A stretch of DNA of 64,000 nucleotides, taken from NCBI GenBank assembly GCA_965112155.1, contig OZ218101.1; one strand, 5' to 3'. The position numbers were made by a program, and so were the translations under genes. Under the pieces are notes generated by a model that searched no databases, was not told the origin of the DNA, and saw nothing but the letters and a program-made list of their open reading frames with translations. Source of the stretch: Podarcis liolepis. Taxonomy: Eukaryota. Shown here piece after piece: positions 39,301 to 53,040 of this stretch (the stretch's first letter is position 1; every line of letters starts with the position of its first letter).

Positions 39301-40692
39301 TGATGTCAAACTCTTCTGCTTGCAGTATAAAATAAATATGTGGCTAACTTGAAAAAAGATAATTTATTTTTAAAAATATGCTTGCTGCAATCCAAGTTCC
39401 ATGAACAACACTGTAGCTGCTCCACCTCCCTGAATTCCCTCAAGGTAAGGTAAAGGACCCCTGGACTTTTCTGAACTGTTCCTAAAAGTCAGGGGACTCA
39501 TTAGAGTAGCATAGGATGTGTCATGAGGAACTGCAGTTGTAAGAAGAAATCACAGAAGCCCTGATATTTCAAGGAATTTCTTAGGTGTTCACATAAGGGT
39601 CTGTGGACACCACCTGTTATTATCAGTCATAATTAAGCACTGAGGTGACACAGAGATTTGGTTTAAACATAGTGTCAAACCAAGGTTTAATGCTGCAGTG
39701 ACAAGTCTAGAAGAAGCCTCTCTGACTCATGAACTCAAGTGTAGTTAGTGACTTCCTTGTTTGCAGCAAACCATATCTGAATTGGCAGGATTACAAACAT
39801 TGGTAGGATTGACAGAAAACCTGTAGTTAAAATTTGAGCTATGTATTGGCTAAGGATTCATAAGAATAGAGTTATGAAAGAGATGCAGAGGGGGAAATCA
39901 TTATATTAAGATCCACAATGGGGATGGGGAGAGAAGTCAAAAGGGATTATATGTTTATGTATATGTATTTAATTCATTTGTTTATGTAAAATAGGAAATG
40001 CAAGAATAAAATTTATTTTTAAAAAATCTGAATTGGCAAAGGGTTTGGGGAAAACACCCTGATAAACCAGGATTGCAACCTAGGATTAAACCATAATTTA
40101 AATAGTTCAGATCTCATCCCACCCCCCTCCACAACCTGATCACAGTTAAGATTCCCCCCCCCCTTTTATTGAGATGAGGCTCATTAATTAAAGGATCCAT
40201 GAAGGGATTAATGTTTTGTGGCCTTTGCTATGAAGAAGTGTTTCTTTGAATTCCCATCACTAGAACTAATTGTATTGACTGTTTTTTCTGACAGAAATTC
40301 AATCAGTTCAATTCTTCATTGGAATATAACGTGTCAGAAATTTCAGATTGGCCCACAAATTTTTGTTTATTAGAATTGTAGACAACTTCATAATGGACTA
40401 GATTAATTTTTGGTTTTTCTCATCTGTGAATAACAATAATGTAACTGGGTCAAGGTACATGCAGGAGGCAGGAGAACTACAAGTCCCAGAGCTCTTTCTT
40501 GCGCCTCTATGTTTTCTTGTCTGCAGGCTTCCTAGGAAGTACAGTGCCTCTGCCTCACAAGCTAGAAGTAGAAAGGCCTTTGCCAATCACCTCTCAAATA
40601 AGTACAGTACTTGAATACTTGATTAATGAGTCACTTGCCTTGAAATGGCATGTGTGTGTGTAATTCAGTTCCAGTTAAGGTTTAAGGCAACT

Positions 40693-40825
40693 GAGAGCTC
40701 AATTGGTAGAGCACAAGACTCTTAATCTCAGAGTCGTGGGTTTGAGCAAAGTAAAGTTGAGTAAAGATTCTTGCATTGCAGGAGGCCGGACTAGATAGAC
40801 CTCATGGTCCTTTCCAATTCTATGA
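40693..40825 (+). mobile_element. Short tRNA-Lys-derived SINE with CR1-like tail
   Basis: Same head and tail as 48082-48215. Confidence 0.7.
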
Positions 40826-40860
40826 GAGGTTTTACATTCAACTAACTTTAGGGGCACTCA

Positions 40861-41195
40861 GACACGGGTGGCACTGTGGGTTAAACCACAGAACCTAGGG
40901 CTTGCCGATCAGAAGGTCAGTGGTTCAAATCCCCGCGACGGGGTGAGCTCCCGTTGCTCGGTCCCCTGCTCCTGCCAACCTAGCAGTTCAAAAACACGGC
41001 AAAGTGCAAGTAGATAAATAGGTACCATTCCGGCAGGAAGGTAAATGGCTCTGGTTTGCCAGAAGCGGCTTGGTTATGCTGGCCACATGACCCGGAAGCT
41101 GTATGCCGGCGCCCTCTGTCAATAAAGCGAGATGAGCGCCGCAACCCCAGAGTCGTCCGTGACTGGACCTAATGGTCAGGGGTCCCTTTACCTTT
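40861..41195 (+). mobile_element. Sauria SINE, full length
   Basis: Head GGGTGGCACTGTGG...GGTTCAAATCC, tail cctttaccttt, near-TSD taactYtagggg on both sides. Confidence 0.92.
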
Positions 41196-43687
41196 TTAAC
41201 TCTAGGGGAGAACCCTGTAAACTGATTCACAGCCAGGTTTAGTCAGATTTGTATACTTCGATAGTAACTTCCAAGCTTTGAGCTTTTGGATGAATTGCAT
41301 TATGACTAACTAGTAATACTGATCTTCAGAGTAACTATACTCCTTATAATTTTTCAATGGCTGCATCATATTATTAAATCATTCTTAAGAGTGAAAATCA
41401 TTCTTATTGTGCTTCGATTCTTGCCTTTCAACTGTTATTAGCATTAATATTACGGAGCTTAGGCTACCCTTTAAGTCAGAAGTGGCACATTCAAGAGGAA
41501 CTGGCACAGACCTTGGAGCTACATTTACAAGGGTAAGGAAAAGCACAATTCCCAAACCCCTTCAACATACCACATAGAGAAGAGCTTCATATGAAAGCCT
41601 ATTTAAGAGAAGAGATTGCAACAAAGAAAAGGCCTACAAATAGCTTTATGATGGTGCTGCAGGAGTACTTTATGGAAACTGAGTAGTGTCTAAAAAGTGC
41701 CCTGTCAGTTTTCAGCTCCCTCTTGCCAGCTGCATTAAAATGCGGCTCTGGGCAATTTTTTTTTTTTTGTCTGGAATTNNNNNNNNNNNNNNNNNNNNNN
41801 NNNNNNNNNNNNNNNNNNNNNNNNNNNNNNNNNNNNNNNNNNNNNNNNNNNNNNNNNNNNNNNNNNNNNNNNNNNNNNNNNNNNNNNNNNNNNNNNNNNN
41901 NNNNNNNNNNNNNNNNNNNNNNNNNNNNNNNNNNNNNNNNNNNNNNNNNNNNNNNNNNNNNNNNNNNNNNNNNNNNNNNNNNNNNNNNNNNNNNNNNNNN
42001 NNNNNNNNNNNNNNACAGCCCACTTTCACTGGCCGTTCTTTGAAGATTATTGTCACTGACATCTTGAGGATGCGTTTGGAATCTGGAGCATCATTTCCGT
42101 TGCGATGGGGAATTACACTGACTTATCTGTCATTGCCAAAAGCACAACAAGCAATTCAGTGTTAATGCAAAGGTAACACAGGTTTTTATCATGCCGCCAG
42201 AACAAGAGCTCTTGTGAATTTATGCTAATATGGCCCTTTTATACTTTAATAACCTCCTCCCTTACTGGAAAAAAAAGTATTAATGCATGCATGCACTTTC
42301 CCTTCCTCTCTTACTCACACACATACACACACATACACACTGTTAGTTTGATAATCTATGTCATAGTGTGGTAAGTAATTTGTAGATGATCCTCTTGTAA
42401 TTATTTATTGCAAATCTTTTTATGAATGCTAATCTCATAGAGTTACAGCAGATTGCTAGTTCTATTCAATATGGAGAAGTAGTGAGAACAACCATGTCTT
42501 ATTTCTTGCAGCTAAAACAATCATTGAAATGATTCTTGCTATGCTGTTTCTGGTTTTTTCCACCAAAGTTAAGTGCGGGATTTTTTGATTTTTTTTTTAA
42601 ACGGCTTCCAAAGCTCTCTCTGATTGCTGATTCAGTTTGCTTTCCTCATCAAGAGAATCAGGAATACTACAAGCGAGCAGTTCGCCTTGATCCAGGGTGG
42701 CATTCCAGAGGGACCAAGGCTATCCAGCATGCATGCCAAATCTGACAACACATGACAAGCCGGTCGGCGTGCAGTAATTTGACTAATTATACTGGATTAG
42801 AGCATATTAATGCAAGCTGTTTTCTCCAGAGTTAATGACCTGCTGACTGGGTTCTGTAAGGCCCCACTAGGTCTACAGACAGCTAAAAAACAAAACCTTG
42901 CCTTCTAAGCCCTCGTCATTTCACATCAGCAAATGAGTATATCAAACTACTGAGCAGCAAAATGTAAGCGACATTTTGTCTGCTACAAACTCATGTATCC
43001 TCCCTTAGCTTTCCACCTCAAGGGTTTCTTTGATATAAAATTAAAATCTGCTTTTTGCGGGTCTGAAAAATACTACCCAAAAGCAGAGGGAGAAATTGCT
43101 TTCTAGATGTTTATTTGTCAAGTTAAAGGAATAGTGGAGGGTGTTAAATATATAGAGAGACAAATTACTAGACGACATAACTGTGAGACATAGTTTATAA
43201 ATCTTTCCTTTACATGATTCTTTTTTATTACACAAAATGGATCTATTACCTATAGATATATATGAATAACAAGGAAATGGCTTTTCCATCTATGTCACTC
43301 TGTTTAGTTGCTTATACAGTTTTGGAAATTATTATTTATGGCTGCAATTTTCTTTTTTTCTTTCTTTCCTAGAGGTGAACTCTTTGTAAATAGTTGGCAG
43401 TTCATAATAATCTGGACAGCATTATGCAATAAATGGCAGCATCCAATGTATTTATTGATTTATTTAGATATTTAACCAAACCCTTCTCTAAAAGGTCCAG
43501 AAAGGTAACAATAAATGATAAAATAACATTTTAAAAGATAAATACAATTTAATATCACCACAGTGCTAACCATCTTCCAGTCACAAAATAACTGTACAGT
43601 ACTAGTTTTCAAACTTACTTACTTGACACACACACAGAGCGAGCGAGCAATGTATTTTGTCACATTTTATATGTTTGGTTATAAGGT

Positions 43688-44010
43688 CATAGAATCATAG
43701 AGTTGGATTCTCTATGGTTATCTATTACATCCCTTGCTCAGTGCAGGATCTGCAGTTTAGGTGCAGCTACAGAACCCCTGGCATATGGTTGTCTAGCATC
43801 TACATAACTACCTCTAGCAAAGAAGAGCCCACCACCTTCAGAGGCCACCTGCTACATTGTCAAACTCTTACCATTACAATACGTTTCCTGATGTTTAGCC
43901 AATATTGGCTTCCCAATGCAATTTCCATCTACTGGTTCTGCTCCTGCCCTTTGAAGGAACAGAGAACAAGTCTGCTTTGTTTTTAGATATTTGAAGGAAG
44001 TGTCCAATCC
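43688..44010 (-). mobile_element. CR1 3' fragment
   Basis: catagaatcatagagttgg tail repeat and similarity to 52005-52350. Confidence 0.65.
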
Positions 44011-46369
44011 CTCTCTCACTAAAAAAAAGTTTATTCTCACCCAGATGCTTTCAAGAGGACTTCCACTTCCATGGATTTCCATGCAGGTGTATATATCCTT
44101 TACATAGAATGCTACTTACTCTTCTTTTCCGCTGGGTCTATTCACCAATATATTACATTCACAAGTCTTATCCTACCAAGTCTCAATAATACTTATGAGA
44201 TTGTATTTACCTCCCTGTGCTGTTTTTGTGTGTTTATTTCTCATACACCATGCATGAGGCATAGGATGTTGCACCTTCCCAGTTTCCCTGCTGTGTTTAA
44301 CTGTAAATTACTGGGTGCCACCTCCACTGTCCTGCTTCTTGCTTTGTTTGAAAAAGACTCGGTGCGTGCCTAATTAGTGATCTGATGAAAGGATACTCTG
44401 CATGAATATGCACATGTGTACACCCCCAAAACAGATGGGTGGCACAGAGAACTGGCAGTGTGTATCACCTGTATGGGAGGTGAAATCATTGTCTATATTT
44501 TGCCCCAAGCAAGTGGTCAGAAGTGGCAAAGCTGTCCATGTTAGGAAACGTATGCTGAAACATACAGACACTCATGTTGTGATTGCCAGACGTCAGAGCA
44601 GGCTTGCACAACTGGAGAGCCGCAAAGTGAATGCAACTCACCAGCCATGAGTATCAGCCACAAGATGTCCTGGTTTTGCTACCTGCCTGGGAGGCTGTCC
44701 TGGGAAATTGAGAGGCACCTGAAAATCCACCATATACGGCTAGTGAGCTGCACTTAGCTTTTTACCTCACAAGTTCATGACAGAAAATGAGATAATATTA
44801 TATTTATAAGAGGGCAACACAATCATCAGCTTAATATGAGCAAAACACAACCTGCTTGTTCCCTACTCATAAGTTTTGTTTTGTTTTTTTGCTGTCAAAG
44901 GCATATGAAATTTAATGCTCTTTTGTGATTCCCCCCCCCCCCCTGCTCACTTAACCAACACTCTATACACAAATACAAAAAGTGTGTCAGGAATATTAGG
45001 ATAAAAACCTTTTAAAAATAATAGTAAGATGTTTAACTCTTAAACCTAATCTGTAACCCGAGTAAAAATTATACAGTGTACGTTTGTAAGCATTGGTGGA
45101 AATCATTAATTGCCTTGATATTCCAGGATATGTGCCATCTAGCTTCACAATTGTGTAATAAACAAATGCTACACTTCAGAATTGGTTAATCCACTTTTTT
45201 TGCATTCACCTTATTTATTCTCTGCCTTAGTAAGTCCTGCATAACAGCATGCAAGCAAGCGTTTATTCTAATGGGGACCCATTAATCATTGTGGTAGGAG
45301 AGGAGAAGGACACAGAAGGGAAAGATTATCTTTACCTCCCATATTTCTCAAGGGATAGGAGAGAGGACAAACGTGTCTCGTCCTCCTTCTATCTTACCCC
45401 CTGGAGAAATATGTGGGAAGGTGCAGGGCTAAAAGAAAGGAAGATCATAATAACAGGTAATGAAACCTAATATTAGTGGAGAAACAGCGCTCTTTGCTTC
45501 TGAAAAAGAAAAGTGCAACTTGATTAGATGGCTTCTAACCTCAAGTCTCAACTACTTGCCCATAGCATACAGGGTCATTACGTGAGCTATTGAATCCTAT
45601 ACCAACAACATCTAAATTGAGGGCCACACGCCAGCAAGAATTGCTCTATGAGTTGAGGAGAACTAGGAGAAATCACACCGGCAATGGCTAACCTGTGAAA
45701 CTCCAGATAAAAACAATCAGATACCTGGTGATGTAAAATGCCTCTCCCTTCGAGCCTGGAGATCTGATGCCAGTCAGAGTAGACAGTACTAAGCTAGATA
45801 AACAAATATATGCACCAGGTAGAAGGCCACTTCCTATGGTGCACACATCACTTAAAATAATGGGGTTTATGTGCAGCCAGCTGCACAATATGACAGTTAT
45901 TGATCCAAGTCTAATGAAGGAAAATGCTGCCAAATGGGATAGAATAAACAAAATGGTACAGGGCATTCTTGCTTTGTAAAGAAAATTTCATGGCAAGGTA
46001 GAATAGTAGTACTCTAACACACTGATTCTATTGAACGTATTGAGCCATTGTTTCCCATATGTACTGTTACAGCATCTGTTGCCTCAATGCATTCTCAGCC
46101 AAGCAGAGCTCTTTCAGGTGGTAAAAAAAATTACCGTACTATCACCTGCCTCAGTTAATAGGTGCTGGAACTTCACACTGATCTTGATGCTGATCTTAAT
46201 AAATATGGTCTCTGGTGAGGTGGACAGGACAGTTTATTTGAACTCTGTGGGGTCAGGGAAATGAGAACATGCAGGAGGTGCTTCTCGCTTGCCCTCTTGG
46301 CCCTTGCCCTTCCTGGCTTGTTCGTGTGTGTGTTGTTGTTATTGTTGGTGGTGGTGGTGGTATGACCGG

Positions 46370-46800
46370 ATTGATCCCAGTGGTAGTTAATGCATCCTTG
46401 CATGAGGTGATGTTTCTTATCGCTTTGAAGAAAGCAGTGGTGCATCCACTCATGGAAAAAAGCTCCCTGCACCCCAAGATTCTTGACAACTTCTGCCCAG
46501 TCACTAATACAGTGATACCTTGGTTCTCAAATGTAATCTGTTCCAGAAGTCTGTTCGAGTTCCGAAACGTTCAAAAACCAAGGCGTGGCTTCCGATTGGT
46601 GCCGGCGCCCAAGAAACAACTGCATTGGACGTTTGGCTTCCGAAAAACGTTCGGAAACTGGAACACTTACTTCCGGGTTTTCACCGCTTGGGAGCCGATT
46701 TGTTCGTCAACTAAGCCGTCTGAGAACCAAGGTTCCACTGTACTCTCTTTTCCAGGGCAAGGTACTTGAGAGGGTGGTGGTTGTTCAGCTGCAAGCACTA
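46370..46800 (+). mobile_element. L2 LINE RT fragment interrupted by a MITE
   Basis: LKKAVVHPLMEKSSL...NFCPVTN / GKVLERVV resembles the L2 KxAxVxPLLKK...NYRPVSNL...KVLERVV region. Confidence 0.7.
46510..46740. mobile_element. Tc1/mariner-type MITE nested in an L2 fragment
   Basis: TIR CAGTG(AT/GA)ACCTTGGTTCTCA with TA duplication. Confidence 0.85.
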
Positions 46801-47096
46801 AAACGTACCCTTTCTCAAAACTATCTCACCCTTCCCTTTCGGTCAACTGTATCAAATTTGTCAGGGTAACTATGGATACAATTGGCCAAAGTTAGCATAC
46901 GTGTGTGTGTGGAGATTAAAATTCTGGGTTCACAATTCAAGGTGAAGGAAGCACACACATATATACATATAGGCAAGCAGACATATTTAAGAGAGTGAGA
47001 AGGCAATAGGAAAAGTTAAATGAAGTAGGATAAGACTTGCTGGTATGGATGCACCCTTAAATGCTGCAAACTACAGTGGGGCGTAAAGCTTGTATG

Positions 47097-47246
47097 CCAT
47101 ATTTTTCCGTGTATAAGATGCCCCCTATTTTTAGGGACTCCAATTTAAGAAAATAGGGGGGATATTGTCCCGTGTATAAGACGACCCACAGTTTTTCACA
47201 CAATTTTAAAGTAAAAAAACCTAGTCTTATACACAGAAAAATACGT
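47097..47246. mobile_element. Short MITE (Tc2/pogo-like)
   Basis: TIR ccatatttttccgtgtataaga / tcttatacacagaaaaatacg. Confidence 0.75.
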
Positions 47247-48081
47247 AATTGGGTTCAGGATTGCTGCTTAAATGTGCATGATCATCTACTAGGCTTTCAT
47301 CCCTGGAGTAGACTATGGGGTCCTCCAGGTCAATGAAGGGTGAGGCATATCAACAGGACAGGGGTGAGAAAGCCTGCCTTGCTAGTACTCATGCATAAAT
47401 AAAAGCCCCTTTAGTTTTCAGGGCTGTCAATCCAGATCTAAATTCTTTTCTCACACATACGCACACACACAAAAATGCAGATAGCCTGGGGGAGGCTATC
47501 ATATATAACCAGGTAATCAATTTTTTAAATAAACATTTCTACAATGAAAGTACTTATAGGCCACTTTCCTCAAACTAATGGCAAAGTCCTGTCACTGTAA
47601 TAAAAGTAAATAATACATACTACTATAGTATGCGACTACAGGATTAATTTTTAAATATCTTTCTTTCTTCTTTATATGAAAATATTGAAGAGAAAAGTAC
47701 AGAATGAGTAAAAATGAATTAACTGCAATACATTCATAGCTAAAAAAACCCTTAGTTTTCACTAGCAAGATTATAGACAATGTTTGCTACAAATATGGTA
47801 ATGATAGTATTGAAGTATGTATTGTTTATTGTTTCCAGTGTATTGCCACCTTCCCTGTTATGACTCTAACAGATAGCGCATATCCACTGGAATCACAGAT
47901 CAGTAGCAGTGTAGAACTATCCACAGCCATACTGAGCATTTCAATAGGAAAATTATGAAATTAAAATTACATATTGAAATAGTAACATTGGATGATTTCC
48001 CACCTTATGGAGTGTCTTCTGAAGCTGCCAACTAAATACCATATTTTCTAGGCTTGCTAACTAGCTGGGCTAGAAGAAAGA

Positions 48082-48215
48082 GATAGCTTAGTTGGTAGAG
48101 CATAAGACTCTTAATCTCAGGGTCACGGGTTTGAGCCCCATGTTAGGTAAAAGTTCCCTGCATGCCAAGGGGTAGGACTAGATGACCCCGTGGTCCCTTC
48201 CAACCTTATGATTCT
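48082..48215 (+). mobile_element. Short tRNA-Lys(CTT)-derived SINE with CR1-like 3' tail
   Basis: tagcttagttggtagagcataagactcttaatctcagggtc...gagcccc head followed by a gactagatgacc...ccttccaac...atgattct tail. Confidence 0.75.
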
Positions 48216-51200
48216 AAGAATTCTAAGTGTTGAGACACATTTAATCAGGAAATGCTTCTTCTCTTGTAGATGCCATAATGAAGTGCCAATGGCAACCTTT
48301 TTGAAATCAACTCTCAAGGAAACATTTTTTAAACAACAACAACAACAACCAAGTGATGGTGGGGAGGAACTACTTTGGGGAAGATTAACAGGCAAAGTTT
48401 AAAATTCCATATATCATTTCAGGTCATAAGGCAGCCAAATGAATAAACTGATCTTACTTAAACATATTCTCAGCTAGCATCACCTTACAGATCCTCATGC
48501 GCTCAGTGATTGTTCATTTCTTTCTTTTTTAAACACATGGGTGCTAAACTCGTATCAAACCTTAAAGCAGAGGTCCAAGTATCAGTGTATAAGTCTCGAA
48601 TTTAGTGAACAGCACATATTTACACCATTGTAATTAACTCACAAGTAAAGTGTATAAAAATGAACAGCTGTGAATAAAAGTTTGCAGCAGAGCCTCAACG
48701 AAGCATTTAGCTGGTGTTGTCTACACTCAGCTCTAGTGGAAAAGAGTAAGCTGCCCCCCCCCCCAAAAAAAAGGGCTGCTGAGAATTTCAAACCATATTG
48801 TACAGAAGTCACATCAAATTAATACTGAGGACCATTTAGAGCTTTTATTCTGAAAAGCTTTTTGAAAAGGGATTAAACTATGAAAACTCGCATGATACTA
48901 AAGTACCTATTAATGGGTTTAGAAGGGGGGGGGAGGAACAATGAAAGTGTTATTTTTAGATAAATCGTTACTTTGTATGTAGCAGCACAAAGCATTTGCT
49001 AAGGAGATACGGCAACAGTTCTCTGGCAATATCCCACACATCTGAACACTGATTAGCAGGAGTCTTTTTGTTGTCGTTAAGAATAATCTTCTGTGAAAAC
49101 GGGGTCTTACCCATTCCCCCCTTTCCCCCTCCCGCCATGACAATTTTAGGAGTTTCACTTACACTCTTGGGCAAAACATGAGAAAGCCAAGGCAATGGAA
49201 CTGCTTAACGGGAGACAAAAATGCAACCCGATGAAAGTATAAGGTGGCTGTTCTGTCTTCCTCATCCTACCAACACAGTTGGCCCAATTATATGTATAAT
49301 CTGAACTAGTCTGTATATCATACATCTCCCCAAGATCCCCTACCACTGTTATTTTAAAAGTTTCAATTGTATGATACCCCTAATGTGCAGGAAAATGGTG
49401 TGTTATTTATATATATATATAGCCAGAAAACAGCATGAGCAACGAGAAGAAGGAAGCTGGGTAGCTGTCATCTCGTCAAAAATAATGAATTCTCAAGAGA
49501 CTTCTAACTTTATGTCTTCCCAGTCATTTGTCCAATAACAATAGGCTACCAGGAGAGAAATGAGTAGGCGTAGAGCACACACTACTTCGGCTCTGGCTCG
49601 CACCTGTAACCCCCAAACAACTATGTACCAGCTGAAACCTACAAGACAACTGGCCCAAAAGACAACTGGAAATGTTGTTCCTAGCCTGCTGTGCCTCCAT
49701 TCAGTTAAAGGATGCACCACATGGTGGATGACAGCTTTGTGTCTATCCCGTCTTGCAGCCTTCCCTTCCCCCAGCCCCTTGACAGTCATGCNNNNNNNNN
49801 NNNNNNNNNNNNNNNNNNNNNNNNNNNNNNNNNNNNNNNNNNNNNNNNNNNNNNNNNNNNNNNNNNNNNNNNNNNNNNNNNNNNNNNNNNNNNNNNNNNN
49901 NNNNNNNNNNNNNNNNNNNNNNNCTTTTGCCCAAGGAAGACCAATTTACAAAAGGCGTCCACTTTGGCTGTGGGACACCAAAGAACAAGCAATGAACTGC
50001 AGCTGTCACTTAAGTTAAAAATCTAATCGATTGCTTTTTTAAAAAGAAGAAGAAGAAAGGTAACTTTTTGAACAGCTTCTTCTTTGTGCAACCCTTTGGA
50101 GTGTGTTTGACCCAAATTTAATAAGCCGTTCTTAAAGCAGAAGAGCAGCTGTACAGCAAACCTTGTGGAATGATACTAGTGTGTTCGGCGTCTTAATTAT
50201 TTTAAAATGATTACAACCACTGCTTCATTCAAGAGGCAGAAAGCTTAGAGCTCTTTGCCCAACAATGTCTTAACACAAACTGTCTGAACAGGCAGCATTC
50301 ATTCGTCCTTCATGAACCCCAAAGGTCAGCTGCATTGCTGAAAACAACTCAGCAGTTTAATTGTGTTTCTTCTGAAGAGAGAAAGGGAGGGGGGCAAAAA
50401 CTTGAGGATTCATCCTCTGTGTGAAAACTAGCCCCCCCTTTTTTTATTTGCAAGGAAATATACAGCTTAAGTACAGAGACAAGGAGTGCATGATATGCAG
50501 ACAGGTGTAAAACATGAAGTAATTATAGAAGCTCAAATTAGTTCCTGGGCCTGAGGCAAAAAAGAGAACAGTGCCTTGACAAAAGGGAATANNNNNNNNN
50601 NNNNNNNNNNNNNNNNNNNNNNNNNNNNNNNNNNNNNNNNNNNNNNNNNNNNNNNNNNNNNNNNNNNNNNNNNNNNNNNNNNNNNNNNNNNNNNNNNNNN
50701 NNNNNNNNNNNNNNNNNNNNNNNNNNNNNNNAGAGGCAGGCATNNNNNNNNNNNNNNNNNNNNNNNNNNNNNNNNNNNNNNNNNNNNNNNNNNNNNNNNN
50801 NNNNNNNNNNNNNNNNNNNNNNNNNNNNNNNNNNNNNNNNNNNNNNNNNNNNNNNNNNNNNNNNNNNNNNNNNNNNNNNNNNNNNNNNNNNNNNNNNNNN
50901 NNNNNNNNNNNNNNNGTGGTACTCCTTTTGTGTATAGGCACTTTAGAAGTGCTGCCAAAACCAAAGAATTGACACCATAATAAAACAATTTGAATTTCAA
51001 CCAGGTAAATACTAGGCTTTCCAAGGGAGGAGGGAGCAGAGTGTAAGCACTACATCCATTTCATCTTATTTGAAATAAAGCTATGGGACTCTGACTTGAG
51101 ACTACAGCAAGCCTATTTTTCTCAGTGCAGGCCTCTTGGATGCCATATTGACAGGCTGCTAATTAATATAATTTAATGGACAAGATCTAAGATCAAGAAT

Positions 51201-52004
51201 AGTAAGTCAACTGTTCAATATATCTGTACTGAGCAATTTTATACATTCAATGGGTGGGGGAAAGCCTATGTATGTTACGTATAGCTCATGTATCCATGAT
51301 CAGACAATAAATGAGAATGTGTTTAATTGTTGCTTTATCAGATCCAGTATCTAACCCATCATTTCCTTCAGGCTGATGTCGTAACAATATTGTAAATATG
51401 ACTACAGCTTTATAAAACACATAATGGCCAGCATCCAGAGAACTCCCTGCACGAATGGGAGGCAATTTATCTTTTTGCAAGGGAACATGTCCTAATTCTG
51501 TGGATCGTTTGTTTCCCCCAGTACAGTCACTTGTGCCATATTTCTATGCTGTTCTGGAGTTTTTTTGGAAAGGGAACAAGAAGCTATAGTGGAAAGGAGG
51601 ACACAAGACACCCCTGTTTAAAAAAGAGGCCCCATGGAACATGTGTACTCTGTATCCATGGGGCCTCTTTTAAAGGACTCACCCTGTATGAGCAGCAGCA
51701 GCCGGGTGTTGGCACTAAAGTGTCTTCTGAGCAGTTGCATCACTGCTGCCTACCAGAAGGTGGAAGAAGTAGCTGCAAGGTGATAGGTCAGGTGGAAATG
51801 CACCAACAAAAGCCATCTGGTGCTCCCACCTGTGTGTCTGCACTGCACCAAGCTTGTTGCTACCATCCCCCACCTCTTCTACCACCTAGTAAACAGCAGT
51901 GAGGCAACCTACTGGAAGCTGGGAGTGCCACTGTCCCACCACACTCTCTGCTATGAATGTACAGAATGGTTCTGATGGCTTTCTGGATTTCATCCCAAAA
52001 TCAG

Positions 52005-53040
52005 GGAATCACAGAATTGGAATGAACCCCAAGGGCTATCAAGTCTAACACTCTGCAATGCAGGAATCTGCAATGCAGGAATCTCAACTAAAGCATCTGT
52101 GACAGATGGCCGTCCAACCTCTGCTAAAAAACCTACAAGGAGAGTCTACTACTTTCTAAGGGACTCCATTCCACTATCGAACAGCTCTTACCATCAGAAA
52201 GTTTTTTCCGCCTGATGTTTAGTTGGAATCTCCTTTCTTGTAACATTGGTTTGAGTCCTACTCTCCAGAGCTTGCTTCGTCTTCCATGTGACAGCCCTTG
52301 AGATATTTGAAGATGGCTACCATATCTCCTCTCAGTCTCCTCTTTTCCAGGACAAACATATCTTGTCTGGCCTAAATTTTTCCAACTTCTCCACAAGAAT
52401 ATTATGGGGGACTTTGTCAAAAGCCTTACTGAAATAAAGATGCACTTTGTCCACAACAGTTCCCTGATCCACCAAACTTGTAACTCTAATAAAAAAAGAA
52501 AGAAATGAGATTTGTCTGGCATGACGTGTTTTTGAAAAAGCCCATTCTAAGTGCTCACAGACCAATGGTTTAATTATCTGTTCCAGGACCTTTCCTGGTA
52601 TCAATGTCAAGCTCACTGGTCTGTAGTTCCCTGGGTCTTCTTTCTTCCCCATTCTGAAGATGGGGACAACTTCCCTGTTCTCCAATAATTATTGAACATT
52701 ATAGAGGCTCTGAGATTACATCTGCTAGCTCCTTTAGTACCCTTGGGCTCATCAGGCTCTGAATATTTGAATTCATTTAAAGTAACAAGGTGTTCCCTTA
52801 CTACCTCTTTTCCGATCTTGGGCTGCTGCTACCCCCTTACATCATTTATTATGTTATCACCAGGTTAGGCACTGCTTTCCTTTTGGGTGAAGACAGAGGC
52901 AAAGTAGGCGTTGAGCAGTTCCTACCACCAAAGAACCTACCACTTGCTTGTTCTTCTTCTTACTTCGGACATTGCCAAAGAAACCTTTTTATATTATTTT
53001 TAATCTCTCTTGTAAGCCTGAGCTCATTCTGAGCTTTAGC
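52005..53040 (-). mobile_element. Degraded CR1 LINE
   Basis: GKKEDPGNYRPVSLTLIPGKVLEQII and FSKAFDKVPH motifs plus a CR1 3' end. Confidence 0.85.

Noticed and set aside
48082-48150. Functional tRNA-Lys gene
   Set aside because: The acceptor and T stems are degenerate and a CR1-like tail is attached, so this is a SINE head.
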